Positions 27,297 to 35,899 of a DNA stretch of 64,000 nt are shown here, piece after piece. The notes under the pieces were generated by a model. That model was not told where the DNA came from, searched no databases, and saw nothing but the letters and a program-made list of their open reading frames with translations. A program made the translations under genes and the position numbers. Origin of the DNA: a virus. Lineage: Duplodnaviria > Heunggongvirae > Uroviricota > Caudoviricetes. The first letter of the stretch is position 1. Each line of letters opens with the position of its first letter. The stretch is from the IMG/VR virus record IMGVR_UViG_2571042390_000001. The stretch is one strand, 5' to 3'.

Positions 27297-27872
27297 TAAT
27301 GCAAGAGCACGCTTTGGCACCGTGCAGGCCAAAGTTCAGCAGGTTTAGTGCGGAAAGTGGTTTCAGAGAGAGCACTTTGCGGAGTAAACGACAATACATG
27401 TTGAGCCACGGAAGGTCTTTTTAAGGTGTTCATTGATGATGGTCCGGCAGAGAGTAACGGTACATGCTGCATCTAATCATCAATGCACATCTTCAACATT
27501 AAGGAGGCATAGGGATTTTTGTGGCGGTTACCTTTTGCCCTGAGTCTCCTTAATGTTGCGGTAATGCACCTATGCGGATGTGGCCTTGCATTGTGTCTTG
27601 AAAGAATGGGGTAAGGCCGGGGATATCCCCAGGGGGAGGCACCCCCGCTGCAACGAACAGCCACAGACGGCAGTCGAGTGATGGAAACGTGTAAAGACTT
27701 TAAACCTCGTTACGGCTGGCGTGGCAAACGCGACAACCGAGACAGAGCGGTGACGGGCGGAGAGAGTGCCGCATCAAGAAAGAAGCCGACTTGTGATCCC
27801 TTTCAGCGGGCATTTGAAAGTGAATCCAGCTCAGGCAGTCGGCTTCTTTCTTGTGTGAGATGTAGCGTATTT

Positions 27873-27896
27873 GCCCATCTTCGGGTGGGCTTTTTT
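27873..27896 (+). terminator. Intrinsic terminator inside the ORF-poor region
   Basis: gcccatc-ttcg-ggtgggc followed by TTTTTT; preceded by a 16-bp-stem hairpin at 27767-27846. Confidence 0.55.
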
Positions 27897-28357
27897 AGGG
27901 TTTTCGTCATGGTTAGCGACTTTGCGGCGGTTTAGAAACTGACCATTAAAGTAAATGCAAACGATGATCTGATGATGGTAGCGGCCTAAGAAGCCAGACG
28001 CCACGGGGTATGAGTCGTCCCCCGTCAAAAAAATCGACCGCAGAGTGTCCCCGTCTGTGTATTAGGGAACGGGGAGGCATAACAGGCAAGGGCGCTGGTG
28101 TGATTAACCAGATGAATGAGAAGGGTCAGGTCTTTCTGGTCAGCGCCCTTACCTGTTGCGTCCTTCCCGCGTAACAGCCATTGCTTAATGGCATCCTGGG
28201 AGAACTTCTTGTAACGGGTATATCCCGTCATGCTGAAGGCGCTAATCACGCTGGAAGCCAGGGTTGTGCATCCCCTGTTACCGAATTGCAGCCAGGGCGC
28301 GGTGCGCCGAAAAGCATACGGAGGTGGAAGCCCTCGCCGGAGACGTACCCGGCAAGT

Positions 28358-28432
28358 GATGGTGTAGCTCAGCGGTAGAGCAGTTGGCTGTTAACCAACT
28401 GGTCGGTGGTTCGAATCCACCCACCATCGCCA
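28358..28432 (+). tRNA. tRNA-Asn (anticodon GTT)
   Basis: 75 nt with CCA; acceptor gatggtg/caccatc, T-arm ggtgg-ttcgaat-ccacc, anticodon loop ctGTTaa. Confidence 0.85.
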
Positions 28433-28437
28433 ATTTA

Positions 28438-28524
28438 GGGGAGTTAGTCCGTAGGGGTAGCGGGGTAGACTGTAAATCTACTGTCATTGCGACTCGGGTG
28501 GTTCGACTCCATCACTCCCCACCA
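28438..28524 (+). tRNA. tRNA-Tyr (anticodon GTA), type II with long variable arm
   Basis: 87 nt with CCA; acceptor ggggagt/actcccc, anticodon arm gtaga-ctGTAaa-tctac, variable arm gtcattgcgac, T-loop ttcgact. Confidence 0.7.
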
Positions 28525-28528
28525 AATT

Positions 28529-28604
28529 GCCGGTTTAGCTCAGTTGGTAGAGCAGTCGCTTTGTAAGCGAATGGTCAGCGGTTCGATCCCGTTAACCGGC
28601 ACCA
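28529..28604 (+). tRNA. tRNA-Thr (anticodon TGT)
   Basis: 76 nt with CCA; acceptor gccggtt/aaccggc, anticodon loop ttTGTaa, T-loop ttcgatc. Confidence 0.85.
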
Positions 28605-29058
28605 ACACAACAGGTAAGAGCATTTGTAGAGTTCGACTCTCTACCGTGGGCTTTTTCCCGCGATGCGAGCCATAAATGCTCTTACCGTTGTGATGAAGTG
28701 CAGCTCTTTGAAGCAACCAGAAGATAAGCATCTGGCTTCACAACATAAACCGCAGGAACGACCAATAAACGGTAGTCCGTATGGAGAACACCCCGTTGAG
28801 GAAGAGGTCTGGCCGGAACCGTAACCGGCACTACAACGTTGAGAACACTGGCGTAACGGGGTCATATCCCAATCTACGAATAAATGTTGCGTTGCAGCGT
28901 GACAACCAGTGTTCTCAACATTGTGGTGAATGCGCAGGCTGATGCGCGAAAGACATTGCAGCTATTGCGGAAAAGAGCTGTTCGGCGGGGCAATTAAACG
29001 CCCGTGAGAGTCTGAAATAACCGCAAGCCGGAGATCAGCACCGGTCGCCACAATAACG

Positions 29059-29145
29059 GGAGAGTAGGGAGCATGGTGCTCAAGCGGTCTTGAAAACCGT
29101 CCCATTGCGCAAGCGATGATGGTTCGATTCCATTACTCTCCGCCA
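29059..29145 (+). tRNA. tRNA-Ser (anticodon TGA), type II
   Basis: 87 nt with CCA; acceptor ggagagt/actctcc, anticodon arm gcggt-ctTGAaa-accgt, T-loop ttcgatt. Confidence 0.7.
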
Positions 29146-29436
29146 GTGCAACATTAAGGGTATTTGGCTAATTAAGCGAATGCCGGAAGCAGAACCGGAT
29201 CACCAAATGCGTACAGGCGTCATCGCCGCCCAGTCAGCCAAATGCTCTTACCATTGCGGTGAATGCGGCTAAGCGCACGCGGAACAGTTAAAACAGTAAA
29301 GGTGGTCTTTTTACTGGCGTAACGAGAATCCATAAGTGATCCGGCGTTAATTGTTAACTGGTTAACGTCACCGGGAGGCGCCCGGCACCGCAACCTAACA
29401 GCAATGGCGTTTTGTCTTAAAAGGTGGCTGCAAGTG

Positions 29437-29565
29437 ATGGATTTTTGGGCGTTTGCCGATAAAAACCCGGAGTGGACATTATTGTTTCTGCTGGTGGTTG
29501 CATACGGGGTAGAGCAAGCGGCAAAAGCCTTACGCGGTTCTGGCAAAAAGCGTAAGCGTAATTAA
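29437..29565 (+). CDS. Possible small membrane peptide (42 aa)
   Basis: RBS aaggtgg then ATG; MDFWAFADKNPEWTLLFLLVVAYGVEQAAKALRGSGKKRKRN; hydrophobic core with basic tail; sits between tRNA genes. Confidence 0.25.
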   Translation: MDFWAFADKNPEWTLLFLLVVAYGVEQAAKALRGSGKKRKRN

Positions 29566-29574
29566 CAGTAATCT

Positions 29575-29650
29575 GGCCCTTTAGCTCAGTGGTTAGAGCG
29601 GGCGACTCATAATCGCACGGTCACCGGTTCAAGTCCGGTAGGGGCCACCA
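29575..29650 (+). tRNA. tRNA with CAT anticodon (Met or lysidine-modified Ile)
   Basis: 76 nt with CCA; acceptor ggccctt/aggggcc, anticodon loop ctCATaa, T-arm accgg-ttcaagt-ccggt. Confidence 0.85.
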
Positions 29651-30102
29651 CATTTGGTTGTAACACGGCGTATGGCACATGCGTCGTTAGCGGTCTGGTG
29701 TAGCTGTTAGGTACCTTTTACTAACACTGCATGGGCACACCAGGTAGCCGGAATGTGCAAGCCCCGTTCATAGCGTCGGACTGCGGATTCACCATCCTGG
29801 CGATTCGGTGTGACAGCCGGAAGAGCACGGCGCACAACAGGAAAAGGCGTTTAATTAGCGTGAGCGCCGTTTCCGTTGTGGTAATTGCGGCTATGCGCTC
29901 GTGACGAAGCCATTTTCATTCACTACGTTCTGATAAGTGACGTCGCCAGGAGTGGCTAACCTGGCAGGTGGAGGCACCACCGCCACAACTCCTTTCAATT
30001 CATCATATAGCCGCTCAGGCTGTACCCCTTAATTAATACGAAGTTACGACATCACTACCGGTACTTCCGGGGGATAGTCGCGCGTGTAAAAAAGGAAACG
30101 TT

Positions 30103-30678
30103 ATGTTAATGGCGAACGATAACGCATATACAGAAGAAGATCTCATTTTGAGTGACTTCATAGGGAAGCGTGAACGCTGGACCCAAAAGCGAGAGGAAAT
30201 TTACGCCTCATTAGTTCGCAAAGGCGTCAATATCGAAACCGCACAGAGCGGCGATATGACAGTGGTAAGCGTTGGATTGCACGGTGTAAGCGTGTCAGCA
30301 ATCAATCATGAGCCATACGTTGCGTTATCCGAGTCAATGGTAAGGTTAGTTAAGTTCCTGAAATACACAGAAGCGAATAATGTAATCATTGGCAAAAAGA
30401 ATATCCCTTTTTCCTCGGCTTTTTACTGGATGATGAAAGGGCTTGATGCCCGGCGGACATCATGGCCCAAAGGGAGCTATATATCGATGTTCCGTGGCAG
30501 TATTGGCAGCAAAGAAAAGCTCTTCGAATTCTTGCCGGAAGAGGCATTCGATATTGTGGAAGGGTGCGATGTGATGGTGATGCCTCGCCTGGTAATGATG
30601 AATGGGGATTTACAGGCGCAGACAGACTGGTTTGCAACTGGTGTGGATATTATCGCGACTGACTGGGAGGCTTTCTGA
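30103..30678 (+). CDS. Hypothetical protein with C-terminal DUF2829-like domain
   Basis: 191 aa; C-terminal part FSSAFYWMMKGLDARRTSWPKG ... QTDWFATGVDIIATDWEAF. Confidence 0.55.
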   Translation: MLMANDNAYTEEDLILSDFIGKRERWTQKREEIYASLVRKGVNIETAQSGDMTVVSVGLHGVSVSAINHEPYVALSESMVRLVKFLKYTEANNVIIGKKNIPFSSAFYWMMKGLDARRTSWPKGSYISMFRGSIGSKEKLFEFLPEEAFDIVEGCDVMVMPRLVMMNGDLQAQTDWFATGVDIIATDWEAF

Positions 30679-31070
30679 TGTACGGGACTACCAAATTAAG
30701 CACTCAACAGGCCACCAATATGGAGTGGTCTATCGCTAACTGTAAGATCGAGTCATGCAATGCCACGCGTACTGATGTGGGCCATAAAAGCACTATAACA
30801 GGCTATCTAGTAATGACCACCAGGGGGATAAGGGTTAGATTTCGCTGGAAAGCAGAGCAAGTAACCCCATTCAGAGAGCCATCAATGCCGCTGCAGGTTG
30901 AGCAGGATTATCTATGTTTACCAGAAATAGATGGAGGAATGCTGGTGGAGTCTGATGGTAGTAAGGCTGATTTTGAAGCCAATTTGAAGCTGGCACAGGC
31001 CGTAATCAATAGTTATCGCGGACAGTGGATCGCAAAAGTGAAACATGTTGTTCGTTTGTCTCGCTGGTAG
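30678..31070 (+). CDS. Hypothetical protein
   Basis: 130 aa; ATGA overlap with upstream gene. Confidence 0.5.
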   Translation: MYGTTKLSTQQATNMEWSIANCKIESCNATRTDVGHKSTITGYLVMTTRGIRVRFRWKAEQVTPFREPSMPLQVEQDYLCLPEIDGGMLVESDGSKADFEANLKLAQAVINSYRGQWIAKVKHVVRLSRW

Positions 31071-31087
31071 CATTAGATATTTAGTAT

Positions 31088-31104
31088 TAATTTTCTAATA
31101 CATT
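31088..31104. promoter_or_regulatory. Operator-like motif (variant TTTCTAATA)
   Basis: aattttctaatacattc, upstream of the gene preceding pacA. Confidence 0.4.
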
Positions 31105-31178
31105 CATCTTTTTACCAGTCTATACAGTTTTAACATTCTCATTATCATCCCCTCGGTCATTTCCTGCCCGGGGGATTA

Positions 31179-31571
31179 ATGGAACAAATCAGCAGCGCAG
31201 AAATTGCGGATATCATGATCAGGGCTGACTGCTATCTGACAGTCACTGAAATTACCACTCTCGCCAAAGAAAAATACCCTCATCTCCATGTTTCACGAGT
31301 AAGTGTAACTAACATCATTCGTCATTTTGTTCGTTCAAGCAGGGCAATCTGTGAGCTTGATGATCGTGTTTACCCACGAAAATACTGGTTGCATGGCCTG
31401 AACGGATATCAGTTCAAGGTGCGTGGGCGAACCCCTGAATATGGCAGTTTACTGGTTAAAAACTGTAGCAGGAAATCAGTCGAACAGGCGCGAAAAGAGC
31501 AACGAGAGCTGGTGGACATGGCGAATAAGCTGTGGAATGCCGCCGTTAAAAAGCGTGGTGTTGCTTTATGA
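31179..31571 (+). CDS. Hypothetical protein in the position P1 uses for the late-promoter activator Lpa
   Basis: 130 aa; operator-like motif upstream; immediately precedes pacA; homology not verified. Confidence 0.4.
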   Translation: MEQISSAEIADIMIRADCYLTVTEITTLAKEKYPHLHVSRVSVTNIIRHFVRSSRAICELDDRVYPRKYWLHGLNGYQFKVRGRTPEYGSLLVKNCSRKSVEQARKEQRELVDMANKLWNAAVKKRGVAL

Positions 31572-32932
31572 GTCTGGTTAATTGGGAGGAGCACCGCGCC
31601 CGCTTTATAGCGTTGCGTGAAGAAAAAGGGATCACTGTAAAGGAATACTGTGAGGAGCATGGCCTTAGCTTCAATACAGCCAGAAAGCATCTCAATATGA
31701 AAAAAAATGAGGTGCGGTCGCAGGTAAAGACAACAAAAAAAAGCACCAAATCACCTGAAAAAAAACGGGCGGGAAGAGCAACAAAAAAGCTGGAAGAGGG
31801 TGCAGAAAAAACAAAATTTACAGAAATTGACAATTCGCAGGGCGCAGGTTCTTTCCGAAGTATGCCGAGAAAGAAAACTTCGGATCATGAAAATAATTCA
31901 AATAATAACAATGAGATAAAAGAATCTGTCAGGAGATCATTGCGCGAAAAAATGGCGAAAATGATCCCCGAAGAAGATAAAAACGCCCCAAAAATTGAGG
32001 GATCTTCTGCAATGATCCCTGACGGTGCTGTGCAGCGTGCCACATTGCCAACTACGAATGTGGCTCGCGATATGATGAAGAACGGCGCAGAAGAACACCT
32101 GCGGTTAGCAATTCAAATGGCGCAAGAGCGCGCACTTCAGTATCAAAGCATTGTTGATCAGGAGGCCGAACGTCTACAGGCGGAAATAGACGCCTTGGGC
32201 GATAAAGAGCCAGAAGGAATGCACCCTGGGCAGCGCCTTCTCGGTCTAATCAGTGACGCGGCCTACTACATGAATGATTTTATCAGTAGGTTGGCAGCTA
32301 TATATCAGTCCGAACAAAAGCTGCGACAGGGGGATGAAAAGCTTCGTCAGAGCGCTCGCCAGCAAGCATTCAAAGAGGCTGAGGCCAGAGAAAAACTCGA
32401 ATTAGCACGCCTACAGGCCGAACAGCGTGGCAAAGAGATTGAATATCGCATTGGCGCTGACGCACGCGCAGCCAGAGTTATCGCCGCCGCTATACGTATG
32501 CGTGAGCGCGAGGAACTGGATGATATCGGTGTTGCTGAATACATCGAGCGCCAGGGTGTCAGCGTCCCGGCTATCCTCGCGGCGCGCGCGGCGAAAGCTA
32601 TCACTCTTCTCGAACCACCTGTTTCTGACGTCAATGATGTTGATGATGAACAGCTGGACAAAGAGGCAAGGGAGTTTGCAACGCTTCAGGCTAACCATCC
32701 GCAATGGCTGGCAGAGCGCCGGGCGGATGTGGCAACCATTGTTGAAGAATTGGGGTGCGGAGATTACGACCGCAATGGCGAGCGTAAAGCTGGAGAATTC
32801 GAGGCCAACGACGAAGAGCTGGATATTGACCCTTCGGCAACGGCTGAAATTTACGGTGATTATGATGCATCTGATGCAGGGTATGACGCCGGAGATGATG
32901 ATATCGCGATAGAACCGCCGGAGGATGATTAA
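31568..32932 (+). CDS. pacA: Terminase small subunit, PacA-like
   Basis: 454 aa; N-terminus MSLVNWEEHRARFIALREEKGITVKEYCEEHGLSFNTARKHL resembles my recollection of P1 PacA; acidic C-terminus; overlaps the large subunit gene. Confidence 0.65.
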   Translation: MSLVNWEEHRARFIALREEKGITVKEYCEEHGLSFNTARKHLNMKKNEVRSQVKTTKKSTKSPEKKRAGRATKKLEEGAEKTKFTEIDNSQGAGSFRSMPRKKTSDHENNSNNNNEIKESVRRSLREKMAKMIPEEDKNAPKIEGSSAMIPDGAVQRATLPTTNVARDMMKNGAEEHLRLAIQMAQERALQYQSIVDQEAERLQAEIDALGDKEPEGMHPGQRLLGLISDAAYYMNDFISRLAAIYQSEQKLRQGDEKLRQSARQQAFKEAEAREKLELARLQAEQRGKEIEYRIGADARAARVIAAAIRMREREELDDIGVAEYIERQGVSVPAILAARAAKAITLLEPPVSDVNDVDDEQLDKEAREFATLQANHPQWLAERRADVATIVEELGCGDYDRNGERKAGEFEANDEELDIDPSATAEIYGDYDASDAGYDAGDDDIAIEPPEDD

Positions 32933-34440
32933 TGGCTGGCGGGCGCAAGATTAAATGCGTCACCAGCGATCCACGCTGGCGCGATATGGTAATCAAATAC
33001 CGCTACAACTTTACCCAGGCTGTAGTCGATATTTTTGGGATGTTCCCCTCCCACCAGCAGCAGCAGATCATTCAGTCAGTGCAGGAAACGGGGAGTAGGA
33101 CGACCGTCACGTCCGGACACGGAACGGGGAAGTCGTCCCTTACCGCGATGTTGCTGTTGATTTTTATGATCCTGTTCCCCGATGCCCGTGTCATCATTGT
33201 TGCTAACAAGATAGGCCAGGTAAAAACAGGCGTATTCAAATACGTTAAACAGTATTGGGCGAATGCAGTTAAGCGTCATGGGTGGTTGCAGACCTATTTT
33301 GTCCTCTCTGACACCATGTTTTATGAGCGCTCCCGTAAGGGGATTTGGGAAGTTCTCTGCAAAGGTTATCGACTCGGCAACGAAGAAGCGCTGGCGGGGG
33401 AACACGCGGCACATTTGCTTCTAATTCTGGATGAAGCATCTGGTATATCTGATAAGGCGATCGGCGTAATGACCGGTGCTCTTACTGAAGAAGATAACCG
33501 GATGTTGATGCTATCCCAGCCAACAAGGCCAAGTGGTTATTTCTACGATTCGCACCATTCTCGAGCAAAAACCCCAGACAACCCGAAAGGGATCTGGACA
33601 GCAATTGTTCTTAACTCGGAAGAATCACCGTTCGTCACACCACAATTCATCAAGGAGAAGCTTCTGGAATATGGTGGGCGCGATTCTATTGAGTACATGG
33701 TCAAGGTGCTTGGTCAGTTCCCACGAGAAATTAACGGCTATTTGCTTGGTCGTGATGAATGCGATCGCTCTGCTCGCCGCAAGGTGTTGTTGGAGAAAAA
33801 CTGGGGATGGGTGGCAACGGCTGACGTTGGTAATGGGCGAGATAAGTCGGTCCTCAACATCTGCAAGGTATCAGGTCACAGGGATAAGCGGCGCGTTGTT
33901 AACTTTAAGGTAATGGAGATGCCTGGCACTATGGACCCATTGGCCTTTGCTGACTTCATATATAACGAATGTACGCCGGAAAAATACCCGAATATAACAA
34001 TCGCGGTTGATGCTGATGGTTTTGGTTCTGATACGTGTGCGCAGTTGGTGCGTCGTGGTGCGAACCCGGTACGTATTCGGTGGGGAAAACCCATGTTTGC
34101 GAACAAAGACAGGGAGCGATTTGTTAATCAGCGTGCCTACGCAAATATTATGGCGCGAGATGCCATAAAGTCAGGGCGTATGCGGATAGACAGTGACCCT
34201 AAAACGGCAGAGCAAGCGTCAAAAATCCCCTTTTTACTGAATGAAGAAGGGAAAATGGCGATGATGCGCAAAGAGCACATGCGGCAAAAGCTAAACATCA
34301 AATCGCCTGACCGATGGGATACCTACTGCTTCACTATGCTGGTGGACTATGTGCCTGCTAATGAAGATATTGGTGCCGAAATGGCAACTTTCCGAGATCA
34401 GGTTCTGGCGGATATCGAAATGCCGGATCTGGATATATAA
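32932..34440 (+). CDS. pacB: Terminase large subunit, PacB-like
   Basis: 502 aa; Walker A TSGHGTGKSS, Walker B LLLILDEASG, C-terminal nuclease-type region with conserved acidic residues. Confidence 0.8.
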   Translation: MAGGRKIKCVTSDPRWRDMVIKYRYNFTQAVVDIFGMFPSHQQQQIIQSVQETGSRTTVTSGHGTGKSSLTAMLLLIFMILFPDARVIIVANKIGQVKTGVFKYVKQYWANAVKRHGWLQTYFVLSDTMFYERSRKGIWEVLCKGYRLGNEEALAGEHAAHLLLILDEASGISDKAIGVMTGALTEEDNRMLMLSQPTRPSGYFYDSHHSRAKTPDNPKGIWTAIVLNSEESPFVTPQFIKEKLLEYGGRDSIEYMVKVLGQFPREINGYLLGRDECDRSARRKVLLEKNWGWVATADVGNGRDKSVLNICKVSGHRDKRRVVNFKVMEMPGTMDPLAFADFIYNECTPEKYPNITIAVDADGFGSDTCAQLVRRGANPVRIRWGKPMFANKDRERFVNQRAYANIMARDAIKSGRMRIDSDPKTAEQASKIPFLLNEEGKMAMMRKEHMRQKLNIKSPDRWDTYCFTMLVDYVPANEDIGAEMATFRDQVLADIEMPDLDI

Positions 34441-34442
34441 AG

Positions 34443-34457
34443 CCCCGCGATGCGGGG
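34443..34457. terminator. Weak hairpin between convergent genes
   Basis: ccccgc-gat-gcgggg; flanking T-tract only on the minus-strand side. Confidence 0.35.
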
Positions 34458-34467
34458 CCGGTTGTGA

Positions 34468-35505
34468 TTACCAGAGCTTCGCGGCGTACTGCGTTTGGGG
34501 GAATGTGTATCCGTAACGTTCTTCGATTGCTTTGCCGTATTTTTTACGAGCTTCATTCAGTTTTATGCCGGTCAGGTCGTCTCCAGAGGCCATCATTACG
34601 TCTAACAATTCCAGATCCATTTTATCCAGCCTTGCCATTGCTTCACGTGATGTACGTATCTTACGCTCAATGATATGGCGAATAGCCGGATCGGCATCCT
34701 CCAGCATCTTAGCGGATTTCTGCTTAAGGCTTTCATTGCGAATATCGATGTTCCTTAAGATGTACGACTTCGCAACGTAGCTTGGCTGGTGTTTTTCCAG
34801 GTCACGAACACGATATAAGTTAAAATCGCCGAGAAGGCTGCAAGGTACCGATTCGACGCCAGAATAAATTGTAATGCTCCGGCGCTCACCAACATTATTG
34901 ACAACGGGGATCGTTGTCTTCGGTAGTCTTGCGAAAACCAATGCGCCATGTGCGCCAACTCTAAAGCGAGAAAGGGCATTGCTGCCTTCGATGTTTGTTG
35001 TCAGCACAACATCTGTATATGCCTCTTTACGCGCCCGGTAGATCTCGCCTTCAGGCTCAGCTTCAAAGAAGCGCTGTTCTTCTTCAAGAGCACCTACGAT
35101 TTGAGAAAAAACCCTATTTTTCAGGCTTTTCTTTATGATTTTGTCGTATTTTTTGAGCAATTGTTCACGTGTAAATGTACGTGTTGTTGTAGCGCTTTGC
35201 ACAACAACATGCGTGCTTTGATTGGTGTCCTCAATGATGAATGGGATCGGAGAATATACAGACTCAACAATGTTCGACGCTTTGCCGTCGGCATCGCGGC
35301 ACATGTCAACGAAGGCTTTCCATTCAGCAAGACATTTTTCAGCTTCTTCTAATATGTTTTGGTCATGCGTTAATGCAACATGGCGGAATTCCTCGCCAGC
35401 ATAACTGGTATCATGGAAAACAGAGTTTGCGACCACCAGCTCTTTCCACCGTTCAGCGGTTTGCAGGAACCGTTTGTACTCTTTCTCGATCGACTTCTTA
35501 CTCAT
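34468..35505 (-). CDS. Putative immunity repressor (C1-like by position and operator overlap); function unverified
   Basis: 345 aa; lies between pacB and the lox-type site as c1 does in P1; an operator-like motif sits 17 bp upstream of its start. Confidence 0.35.
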   Translation of the reverse strand: MSKKSIEKEYKRFLQTAERWKELVVANSVFHDTSYAGEEFRHVALTHDQNILEEAEKCLAEWKAFVDMCRDADGKASNIVESVYSPIPFIIEDTNQSTHVVVQSATTTRTFTREQLLKKYDKIIKKSLKNRVFSQIVGALEEEQRFFEAEPEGEIYRARKEAYTDVVLTTNIEGSNALSRFRVGAHGALVFARLPKTTIPVVNNVGERRSITIYSGVESVPCSLLGDFNLYRVRDLEKHQPSYVAKSYILRNIDIRNESLKQKSAKMLEDADPAIRHIIERKIRTSREAMARLDKMDLELLDVMMASGDDLTGIKLNEARKKYGKAIEERYGYTFPQTQYAAKLW

Positions 35506-35520
35506 TATTCCTACTCGATT

Positions 35521-35538
35521 TAGTTTTCTAACATAAAA
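35521..35538. promoter_or_regulatory. Operator-like motif at the promoter of the putative repressor gene
   Basis: agttttctaacataaaat. Confidence 0.5.
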
Positions 35539-35715
35539 TTACTATGACAAATTTATGTCGAATAACAGAGTGAGTAAAGGATCGAACTGTGATTTTTTGT
35601 CATCAAATTTAGAAAACCAACTGTATAAACCACGCTTCGCAAATTAAAGACCATGAAGGCAACGTGTTACTGGTCAGAATCAATCTGTGATGGATTAAAA
35701 AAAATCGCCATTTTA

Positions 35716-35747
35716 TAACTTTAAATAATTGGCATTATTTAAAGTTA
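35716..35747. other. rox recombination site (Dre target): 14-bp inverted repeats around a 4-bp spacer
   Basis: TAACTTTAAATAAT-TGGC-ATTATTTAAAGTTA; reverse complement matches the rox sequence as I recall it (TAACTTTAAATAATGCCAATTATTTAAAGTTA); 150 bp upstream of the recombinase gene. Confidence 0.85.
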
Positions 35748-35899
35748 GGCTATAATTATGGGTAGATGATCAGTATTGACATCACTGAAAATACGCGCCT
35801 CGAATCAAAGGCTTGAATCTTGAAAATTAACTTATAGCTACCCTGTCATTTTTATATTTTTCGCGTAGCGTTATCTGTATATAGAGGTTAAATAGTTTC

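Noticed and set aside
28630-28660. T-arm-like hairpin (gtagag-ttcgact-ctctac) as a possible sixth tRNA
   Set aside because: No complementary acceptor-stem partner and no anticodon arm upstream; more likely a tRNA remnant or processing hairpin.
34948-35531. Plus-strand ORFs (134, 96, 60 aa) opposite the putative repressor gene
   Set aside because: Antisense to a 345-aa gene with good start context; no independent support.
35716-35747. Possibility that the site is loxP
   Set aside because: Arms and spacer differ from loxP (ATAACTTCGTATA-GCATACAT-TATACGAAGTTAT); the site has 14-bp arms and a 4-bp spacer, matching rox instead.
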